Both the position numbers and the translations under genes were made by a program. The notes below the pieces were generated by a model. The model searched no databases. It saw only the letters and a program-made list of their open reading frames with translations, and had not been told where the DNA came from. From positions 68,696,001-68,760,000 of the forward strand of contig NC_091987.1 in the NCBI RefSeq assembly GCF_044704955.1: 64,000 nt of DNA, in the 5' to 3' direction. The stretch comes from Pristiophorus japonicus. Lineage: Eukaryota. Below, in pieces: positions 12,730-23,126 of this stretch (the stretch's first letter is position 1; each line of letters opens with the position of its first letter).

Positions 12730-15310
12730 CTTGTATGTTTCAATGAGATCACCTCACATTTCCCAATCTCTCACCTTTTTAAAATAAATTCTGCTTTTCG
12801 ATTCTTACTACCAAACTGAATAACCTCATATTTCCCCACATTATACTTCACCTTGTCTACTCACGTAACCTATTTATATCCCTTTGCAGACTCTTTGTGT
12901 CCTCCTCACAGCTTACTTTCCCACCTATCTTTGTATCATCAGCAAACTTGGATACATTGCACTTGGTCCCTTCATCTAAGTCATTAATATAGATTGTAAA
13001 TAGCTGAGGCCCAAGCACTGATCCTTGCAGCACCCCACTAGTTATAAGAACATAAGAACATAAGAATTAGGAACAGGAGTAGGCCATCTAGCCCCTCGAG
13101 CCTGCTCCACCATTCAACAAGATCATGGCTGATCTGGCTGTGGACTCAGCTCCACTTACCTGCCCGCTCCCCGTAACCCTTAATTCCCTTATTGGTTAAA
13201 AATCTATCTGTGATTTGAATACATTCAATGAGCTAGCCTCAACTGCTTCCTTGGGCAGAGAATTCCACAGATTCACAACCTTGGGAGAAGAAATTCCTTC
13301 TCAATTCGGTTTTAAATTGGCTCCTCCGTATTTTGAGGCTGTGCCCCCTAGTTCTAGTCTCCCCGACCAGTGGAAACAACCTCTCTGCCTCTATCTTGTC
13401 TATCCCTTTCATTATTTTAAATGTTTCTATAAGATCACCCCTCATCCTTCTGAACTCCAACGAGTAAAGACCCAGTCTACACAATCTATCATCATAAGGT
13501 AACCCCCTCATCTCTGGAATCAGCCTAGTGAATCGTCTCTGTACCCCCTCCAAAGCTAGTATATCCTTCCTTAAGTGAGGTGACCAAAACTGCACACAGT
13601 ACTCCAGGTACAGCCTCACCAATACCCTGTACAGTTGCAGCAGGACCTCCCTGCTTTTGTACTCCATCCCTCTCGCAATGAAGGCCAACATTCCATTCGC
13701 CTTCCTGATTACCTGCTGCACCTGCAAACTAACTTTTTGGGATTCATGCACAAGGACCCCCAGATCCCTCTGCACCGCAGCATGTTGTCATTTCTTCCCA
13801 TTCAAATAATATTCCCTTTTACTGTTTTTTTCCCCCAAAGTGGATGACCTCACATTTTCCGACATTGTATTCCATCTGCCAAACCTTAGCCCATTCGCTT
13901 AACCTATCTAAATCTCTTTGCAGCCTCTCTCTGTCCATTTTCCCACTAATCTTTGTGTCATCTGCAAATTTTGTTACACTACACTCCGTCCCCTCTTCCA
14001 GGTCATCTCTGTATGTTGTAAACAGTTGTGGTCCCAGCACCGATCCCTGTGGCACACCACTAACCACCGATTTCCAACCCGAAAAGGACCTATTTATCCT
14101 GACTCTCTGCTTTCTGTTAGCCAACCAATTCTCGATCCATGCTAATACATTTCCTCTGACTCCGCGTACCTTTATCTTCTGCAGTAACCTTTTGTGTGGC
14201 ACCTTATCGAATACCTTTTGAAAATCTAAATACACCACATCCATCGGTACACCTCTATCCACCATGCTCGTTATATCCTCAAAGAATTCCAGTAAATTAG
14301 TTCAACATGATTTCCCCTTCATGAATCCATGTTGCGTCTACTTGATTGCACTATTCCTATCTAGATGTCCCGCTATTTCTTCCTTAATGATAGCTTCAAG
14401 CATTTTCCCCACTACAGATGTTAAAATAACCAGCCTATAGTTACCTGCCTTTTGTCTGCCCCCTTTTTTAAACAGAGGCGTTACATTAGCTGTTTTCCAA
14501 TCTGCTGGTACCTCCCCAGAGTCCAGAGAATTTTGGTAGATTATAACGAATGCATCTGCTATAACTTCCGCCATCTCTTTTAATACCCTGGGATAAATTT
14601 CATCAGGACCAGGGAACTTGTCTACCTTGAGTCCCATTAGCCTGTCCAGCACTACCCCCCCTAGTGATAGTGATTGTCTCAAGGTCCTCCCTTCCTACAT
14701 TCCCGTGACCAGCAATTTTTGGCATGCTTTTTGTGTCTTCCACTGTGAAGACCGAAGCAAAATAATTGTTTAAGGTCTCAGCCATTTCCACATTTCCCAT
14801 TATTAAATCCCCTTCTCATCTTCTAAGGGACCAACATTTATTTTAGTCACTCTCTTCAGGTTTTTTATATCGGTAAAAGCTTTTACTATCTGTTTTTATG
14901 TTTTGCGCAATTTTACTTTTGTAATCTATCTTTCCTTTCTTTATCGCTTTCTTAGTCATTATAGCCTGCCAACCTGAAAATTACCTATTTATTCCTACTC
15001 TCTAATATCTGTCCTTTAACCAAACTTCTATCCAATCTAATCTATTACCCCAACCCTATGAGCCCTTACCTTGTGTAACAACCTTTCATGTAGCACCTTA
15101 TCGAATGCCTTTTGAAAATCCAAATATACTACATCCAATGGTTCCCCTTGATCGACCCTGCTAGTTACTGCCTCAAAAAACTCTAATAAATTTGTCAAAC
15201 ATGATTTCCCTTTCATACTGCCTGATCATATTATGATTTTCTTAGTGCCCTGTTGCCACTTCCTTAATAATGAGCATTTTCCTGACGACTGATGTCAGGC
15301 TAACTGGCAT
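12730..15310 (-). mobile_element. Older CR1 fragment (12730-13043 and 14961-15310) containing a younger CR1 (13044-14960)
   Basis: Host ccccactagttat... resumes as atagcctgccaacc. The insert has an (AAGAACAT)n tail and RT ORFs (LDFQK, KFADD, RLYLEYCVQFW). TTATA occurs at both junctions. Confidence 0.88.
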
Positions 15311-15939
15311 TAGCATTCAGGTAAGTTTTTTTTTAAACTTATTTTTTTGATGATGGTCCCAGCAGTCTCTTTAAGGGCCGCTGGTTAGGCCGCATGAAGA
15401 CTTCGTTATGATGAGGCAGAATACCCCCACAGCGCAGCTCCATTTCAGAAGGGGTCTTGAAACAGGCATTCTGCCCTCTAGTTGCATATGCATAAAGGCT
15501 TAATACCTCTTTCTGGCATTTGACCTGGATGCCTATGCTTGAGCCTTTACCAATGCGGTGGACGGCACACTGCCACCTGCCATATTGGACACTTGGACAC
15601 CAGTTTTACGCCTGTAAAACAGGTGTGATCTCAACAAACTTCTCGCCCATGAGTTTTCTAACACAAGGAACCATGAACACAAGAAGAAATTTGGCCCATC
15701 AAGCTTGTTCCTACAATTTCCCTATCTTGGGCACTAACCAGCCCATCATATCTCCTAACACCCTCAAAAGTAAATTCCAAAACATGCACAAAGAATTTAT
15801 ATAGGTTGGTGGAATTATATTCTATATAACATTATGGGGTAAATTTTACAATTTAGCACCACAGATGCGTTTTGCACATGATGGAAAATTGTGCAGGTTA
15901 CGATCGGCCACTGTGACTACTATGCCCATGCTCCTGAGA

Positions 15940-16250
15940 AGCCATGTGTTAGACTATCGATCACCATTGGCCAAGCTGAAGTGAATGCATTCAAGGAGTC
16001 TTGGAAGCGTACGATCTGATGATGCAAGGATCGAAAAGGAAGTGGTGACTTGCATGCAGAGAGCAAGCATGTTCTTTGGTAGACTGTCCAAGCATGTCTG
16101 CAATGAGTGCAATATCAAAGTTGCCATTAATCTGAAGGTTAATGAGGCAGTTGTTCTTATCAATCTCCTGCATGGATGCAAAACACAGACACTCTCTATA
16201 GATGGCACACTCAATAACTAGAAAGGTTTCACCAAAGATGCATTTATACA
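15940..16250 (+). mobile_element. Old RTE LINE fragment
   Basis: SLGSVRSDDARIEKEV..RAS..FGRL..V and LLHGC.T resemble the RTE RT C-terminal region (compare 61656). Confidence 0.6.
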
Positions 16251-16494
16251 GTGAAACTAAAACTCACATTCCAAATACTTTGTATTATGATGCCGGTAGT
16301 AGGGAATTTTACGATTGATGCGAGCTATCTGAGGGGAATATGCCAGTTCAATGTGGGTTTATTATGAAGTTCAAAATATACAGATATTTCAACAACCTGT
16401 ACCCTGATGTAAATATGAAATAATGGTTCCCTTTATGATATTGGGAATTGTGATCAAAAGTAATCCCTGGAACATTTGGTGATGTACTGCTCAA

Positions 16495-19400
16495 AGGCCC
16501 AAACCATAGAGATCCCGGAGGGTCACGGGTTTGACCTGTAGTCTTTGCTAAGTTAGCCGCTCTCAGCCAGGGAGGCTGTAAATGGGGCCTCAGTGGGCCT
16601 CACGTCTTCCAATCTAGTGAGCAGCCAGGATTCCCACTCTTCGGCCAGAAATGTCACTGTCCGACAACCTGGCAGCAGGGGAGCCCTAGAACACATGGGG
16701 AACCCGGAAATTTCAGCAGTACGTCTGTCAGTGGTTTTTAACCCAGCCACTGCATTAGCATCTGATATCCGGGTTTCCCAACCAATTATCACAAGCAGGT
16801 GTGATGATGTCACACATGAGCCTATTTCAGCTGAACTATTTAAAGGGATCCTGTGAAGATAAAAGTTGAAGGATTATCCAGGTAGGGCAACAGAGGAAGA
16901 AACTCCATTAATGGAGTCCCAACGTGGCAAGGTTGCACCTCGCTTAAATGATGTGTCCCTCGAGCTGATGCTGAGTTCTGTAAGGGCCCACAGGGAGATT
17001 CTCTTCCCAAGCCGACTCCAGCCTGTAATTTATGCATCTGAGTCTGCTCACAGGTTTGTAGAGCTATTGCATTGTGAGTGGCTTAGCCAGTCATGTGATG
17101 TTTACAAGACTCAATAAAACCCCACTTCATCCATTCCTATCTGTCCAGGCACCTAAGGTGCATCTTCAGCATTCCGATTGCATTCTTTGAGGTCATGTGG
17201 CCTGTGATTGTGTTTGGGCTCCTAGCGGGTGTCATCAGCCACATCTTCAGGGAGTAGCCCTTGTCCCCAAGGAGCCAGCCGTTAACTCTGCTTTGAGATC
17301 CGACGAGCTCTGAGAATGTGGACTTGCAAAGGATGAAAACATCATGGCAGCTGCTTGGGAATCTTGCACACACCTCCATGATCTTTTTGTGGTAGCATAC
17401 AAGCTGAACATTGATGAACTGGAAGCCCTTGCGGTATATGAAGACTCCAGGTTGATATGGGGGTGCTTTGATTGGCACATTTGTGCTATCGTTGACTCCC
17501 AGGACCCGTGGGAAGCCAGCCCGAGCCGTAAAGCTGAGCGACTGCTCATTCGGACCGGCCACTAAGATTTGGATCACAGATCATACACTGATTACCCAAA
17601 AGGGTTCAGGAGTCATAGGTTGTTTTAGTAAGGAGCGGTAGCTCAAATGTAATCAAATAGCACACGCAATCAGAATAGACATAGTAGACACACAACCATG
17701 ACAAGCAGCTGGTATCGGTCCCGAACAGACAGCTGGTATACGCGAACAGCTCTTCTCTCCACTTTGTGCTAAAAGCTCTTTCGATATATCTCTTTTATTC
17801 TATTTTTAGAGATGGGCCTGGGGTAGATTATGGACAGGACTATCTAACCTGTAAGGGCTCTTCCTAAACCAAGGTGCCCAATGGTATGTCGAGTTCTTTG
17901 TCTCAACTTTCAGATGAAAGCCCTCCCCCATCCCATGAGATAATTCCTTTGCTTATCTCTTGTTTGGACCTCTGGTTTCCTTCTCTTGGGCAGTTTGTTT
18001 ATCTCCGGTGAAGGCCTATTCATGTGTTATGCCCTTGTAAATGAGCTCTCTGTGAAAATCTTTATCGGTCATGATTAAAATAGTTCTGTGTCATCAGTTC
18101 ATCCTGGCTGCCTGAGCTAGGTAAACCAATTTCATTTACAATTCACAATTTCTTCCAATTCATGATTTCTTACACGACATCATTTGCAGAGTGCACATAA
18201 TTGCCGGCCCCGGCAAACATGGCATCGGTCACCTGAGTGATGCATTTGTGGGCAGCAATTTGCGAGATTCTGCAGATCCTTGGAAGGAGCCAGAGGCAAA
18301 GAAATTGAAGGTGATGGTGACTTTGACAACTACTGGCAAAGCGTTCCCAGGAGGTCTTCTTCCAGGAGGCTGCAAATGTTTGCGACCACCTGACTGATAG
18401 CTTGAACCTCCTAAGGCACTGGTGTTCCGACATGTCCAGGAAGCTGCTCCTCTGTGTTGGGAGTATCGCCTCCTGCGATCGCCCTGTGCTCATCCCCTCT
18501 CCCCTGTGGAGCGGCAGGTCAGTGCAGAAAAGGCTGCTGCTGTTCCTGCTGCTGCTCATCTTGGTCTTCATCTGAAGTCCAAGGTAAAGCTGCATAAGCA
18601 GCACCCATGCTGAACTGAGGCTTGTCAGATGGAAAGTGTAGATCAGACTCACAAAAATCCAAGGTAGCAGAAATTACCTCCAAAGTAATGAAAGCACACT
18701 CTCGGAACAAGTCCTGTCAGCAAAAGCTTTTGGGCTGGATTTTTGTTTTTTGTGATTTCGGGACGGTCATGGCAACGGGGCGGTCTTGATACCGCCTGGA
18801 AAAAGTTTGTGCCCTCGTCTGCAAAATTCGGGAAAAAATGAGGTTCCATAATCGGGGGCACAAAATCAGGTGTTTTTGCGCCCCAGCTGAAAATCACGGC
18901 ATTAAATAAGTTCGAATAATGAGCTGGACAAGGTTGTGCAAATGCCCTGATTGTTGTTGATTACACTTGTAAATAGTTTCTTTGATTTAATGCACTTCAT
19001 TGTTGGTCAGTGCCCTGCAACATAAAGTTATCTATTGTATGGTTTCCTTTTGGTGAGGGGAGTCTTTATTCCTTCGTTGCAGTACAATGTCTGTTTGATC
19101 CTTTGCCATTGGTGTCTTGTGTCTCATTCCAACGTTCACCGGAGATGTGCCTTTATGGGGAGGGGACACAGCGTGTCCAGTATTAGCTGCATCCCTCACT
19201 TTCCTCCATTTAGGAGAACCGGTCCATTGTGAGCTGGCGACGTATGACTCTTGGTCCGGCAGCATCTCCACGCTGCCTCCTCCATGGATGGTGTGGCTAT
19301 CCAATGGGGGCTTCGCCAGGCTCCTCTTCATCGTCCTCCTCCCCCTGAGGTGGACCTGCAATCCCCACTGGCAATTCCTGGCCCCTCATGATGGCCAAGC

Positions 19401-20557
19401 TGTGCAACATGCAGCACACCACAATGTATTCGGAAACCTGTTGAGGGGAGTATTGAAGGCTGTCTCCAGAGCGGTCCAGGCATCGGTTTGCCTGTAGGAG
19501 ATGGCATATCTCTGTCCGCACTTCCTTTCGGAAGCACATTCTTCTCACACACTGCTCCTCAGAGAGTTGGAGGTATGAGCATTGGTGCCTGTAAACCCAT
19601 GGGGGGTAAGCCCTCCTCCTCAGCCGTCTTCGGTCTCTCCTCATCCATGGTCCAGTATGGCCAAGAGCCCTTCTTCTATCTTAATGCTGCCTAGCAATAG
19701 CATGCAGCATGATACGCTGGCGAACAAGTAATTCCCCCCTTTAAATCTCTGACTGAAGTTGTAAGGACACTGTAATGGCAGATAAAACTGCTGCTTTCAA
19801 GTCGGAGCTTCACGCAGCGTGCTGTGCGCAACCATTGCAGTCAATGTGACCTGCGATGTAGGATCGTCCTCCCTCCATTTAAATACGCCGCAAATACCAC
19901 CTGCTGCATCCTGGGGACGCCTGGTTTTTCAGACATTTCTTGGGGCGGTGTTTAATGGGACGTTGGGGCCGAAATTTGCATCGGAGCACTAACAGAGCAT
20001 TGCACGACGATTGACGCCATGATCTCAGTGGAACTAGAGGGCGGGGCAGTAAGTTTTTGCACCGCTGCAAACCTTGAGTCGAATTTGCCGGCCGGGTGGT
20101 AAAAGCTGGACACCTGCTGTAATGCCTAGAAAACACCCTTTACCGCCCCTCTGGGGTGCTAACTGAGGCGCAAGCCAGCCGAAAATCCAGCCCTATCACT
20201 TCGGCAGAAAGCAAGTGTGAGGTCTGAGTACTTATAGGATTGTTTGCCTGTTATTTGGTCAGCTCCCACAATTCATGCTGCCATCTCGTCTTGCTTTCAC
20301 TGGCGAGTTCCAGGAAGCCCGGAAAACCTGTGCACTCAGAGTTAAAGCTCAAATCTGCAGTTAAAACAGCTCTTAATTGCCCCTTCACATCTTTTAATTG
20401 CCAACCTGCCTCTCCCGTGGGAATGTCTCGCGCACAACTAAAAGCGCTTCAGTGAAAAACGGAAGTTGGCGGGTTCCCTGGCCCGCTGTCCATTTCATCT
20501 CTTTTAACCACCCGCCCGCTCCCAAACACACTCATTTTATTAAAGTAAAAATACCCC
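16495..20557 (-). mobile_element. Decayed PIF/Harbinger transposon: HARBI1-like transposase (-) and Myb/SANT-like ORF remnant (+), with nested insertions
   Basis: Transposase remnants AGFPRVLGVND..YRKGF..NVQLVC..WLLGDKGY..WLMTP..IGMLKMHLRCLDR (17137-17556) and AAHKCITQVTDAMF (18175-18600). Convergent + remnant MESQRGKVAPRLNDVSLELMLSSV..REILFP (16911-17010). Outer ends approximate. Confidence 0.75.
18732..20193 (-). mobile_element. Second, internally deleted Harbinger element nested in the first
   Basis: TIRs GGGCTGGATTTT (18732) and AAAATCCAGCCC (20182-20193). Transposase N-terminus (YPPWVYR..SYLQLSEEQCVRR..RKEV..EICHLL) is fused directly to the C-terminus (CLDRSGDSLQYSP..IVVCCMLH). Confidence 0.78.
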
Positions 20558-21399
20558 CCCCCCGCCCCATCACAATCCACTGCTGCAGGAATGAGGAATG
20601 TGCAGGACGGGGTCAAGCTCTGCCATGATGTCAGTAATCCCTATCTACTATAGGAAGAATGTTCACATGGGTGAGACACTGCAGTGCTGTGAGTGACCTT
20701 GGAACGCAACCCCCCCTCCCCCAGTATGAGACGAGGAGAGACAATTGCAAGAATAAATAGAATCAAGTTGAAGGGAAATGATTGCTATCAGAACTGTCAA
20801 GAGAGCTCAGGTGGGGAGAACAGCTTTGCTAATAACGTAACTTTTGGGGGCACGGACCAGGAATATTTAATTCTTGCCGGCTGATTTATTTGTTTATTTC
20901 AACAGTTTCAAATAGTGAGCTTGATGTGTTTCTTCAATCAATCCTGTAATAAATTTATAGTTCTGTCTAGCTTTGGAGGATGCAGGATGAATAACGACTT
21001 GAGTGTTTATTTAAGCAATAACAAGTCACCAAGGATTGACTGCACACAGCAATAAATGTTCAGGTGCCGTGAAATGATTCTCGATGTCTTCTTTGGTATT
21101 GTGCTTTGTGCAGCTGTATTCATATTTGTAACTTGGAAAAAGAGGGAATAAAATGAGTGGCATATCAGCAAGCTGCATGGGAATGGAAATATATTTATGG
21201 TTTTCTTTTTTGAGTAAGGTTTCTACATATAATTCCTGTAAAATAAAATGTGAATTTGGTAGCAGTTAACTCTTTCCTTTGAAATTCATGTTGAGGAAAT
21301 AACTAAAACGTCTGATAAAAATTTAACCTAGAAACATGAGTCTATATACCCTGCTCGGGCTCGGCCTGACACTTTGATTCACAGCACTGTCTGCAAACC

Positions 21400-22200
21400 C
21401 AAAATCACCTCAGTCCCCAACCCTGAATCATCCCAATCCCCAGACCCTGAATCACCTCGGCCCCTGAATCACTCAGTCCCCAGATCCTGAATCACCTCAA
21501 TTCCCAGACCCTGAATCACCTCAATTCCCAGACTCTGAATCACCTCAATTCCCAGACTCTGAATCACCTCAGTCCCCAGATCCTGAATCACCTCAATTCC
21601 CAGACCCTGAATCACCTCAATTCCCAGACTCTGAATCACCTCAGTCCCCAGACCCTGAATCACCTCAATTCCCAGACCCTGAATCACCTCAATTCCCAGA
21701 CTCTGAATCACCTCAGTCCCCAGACCCTGAATCACCTCAATTCCCAGACCCCGAATCACTCAATTCCCAGCCCCTGAATCACCTCAATGCCCAGACCCTG
21801 AATCACCTCAATTCCCAGCCCCTGAATCACCTTAATCCCCAGACCCTGAATCACCTTAATCCCCAGCCCCTGAATCACCTCAATTCCCAGCCCCTGAATC
21901 ACCTCAATTCCCAGCCCGTGAATCACCTCAATCCCCGGACCCTGAATCACCTCAATCCCCAGCCCCTGAATCACCTCAATCCCCAGCCCCTGAATCACCT
22001 CAATCCCCAGACCCTGAGTCACCTCAATCCCCAGATCCTGACTCACCTCGGCCCCAGACCCTGAATCACTCAATCCCCAGACCCTGAATCACCTCGGCCC
22101 CAGACCCTGAATCATCTTGTCCCAGACCTTGAATCACCTCGGCCCCAGACCTTGAATCACCTCGGCCCCAGACCCTGAATCACTTCAATCCCCAGACCTC
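21400..22200. repeat. 24-bp minisatellite, consensus CCAGACCCTGAATCACCTCAATTC, roughly 30-35 units
   Basis: Directly visible tandem array; it produces the GLGIEVIQ-repeat ORFs on the minus strand. Confidence 0.95.
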
Positions 22201-23126
22201 GCTCAGGCTCACCCTGACTCTCTGATTCACATCACCTGAAGCCCAGACCCTGCTTGGGCCAATCCCAACACCGTGATTCACATCCCCTCAGCCTCAGAAC
22301 AATTCAGGATGCCACTCTTTTTTAAATTGCCTTTTTCCCTTTTACCCTTTCTTTGCTATCTCCACATCATGCACCACCATAAGCAAAGAATCAGTGAGCC
22401 ATCGCGCATTGTAAATACCTGAAATTTTAATGTTAATTAAAGGAAGGATTTAAAATGTAGGTTCCCAGAATAAGAGTTGAAGCTATTAGTTCCCCATTGA
22501 CTCCTCTCACCTTTTTCGGTTTGTGATCTGTTTTATTAGCACGAATAAAATTATCTTTTCATATTTGGGCACTGTCAGTCCATGTGGAGAGCTGCTTCTA
22601 TTTACACTATTAATCAATGGAGGACTCCTTTTTTGTCTCATGCACACATGTAGTTCCTGAAAACACTCTTTAATTGTTGTCTGTGTAGCCTGCCGTTTAG
22701 AAAATTCCAACCGTGATGTTGATAGAGACAGGAGAGTAAGTGGAAACGTCAGACATTTGTTATCATGCATTCCTCACTAAAGCTCCTGTGAATGCTCAGT
22801 GAGTTTGGCCAATGAATAGCAGAGCTACACAGGCCTATTTGATCCTCATCTGAACTAATTTGTGATGCATTTACACCTCAAGTTTTCACACTGACTCCAC
22901 TTCTGCAGTGTCAATTGGATATTAAGGCCCAAATTGACTTGGATGCAAAATTGAATGAGACACCCTCCTCCATGGAGTCTCGCTCTGCTTAACCCTGACT
23001 TTACATTTAAGCTGTATTTCTAATTGTAGTGTCAGTGCAAAGCGAAACCAGTTATAACTAGAAATCAGGCAGTTGTAGTGCGAATGCACCCATGGCAGAT
23101 TTCAGCCAGGGTTGATGTAAGGATAT

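Noticed and set aside
17137-17577. Domesticated HARBI1 gene
   Set aside because: Frameshifts, deletions, nested insertions and transposon context indicate a decayed element.
21469-22073. GLGIEVIQ-repeat ORFs; possible CRISPR-like array
   Set aside because: By-product of a 24-bp tandem repeat. There are no unique spacers or cas genes, and the context is eukaryotic.
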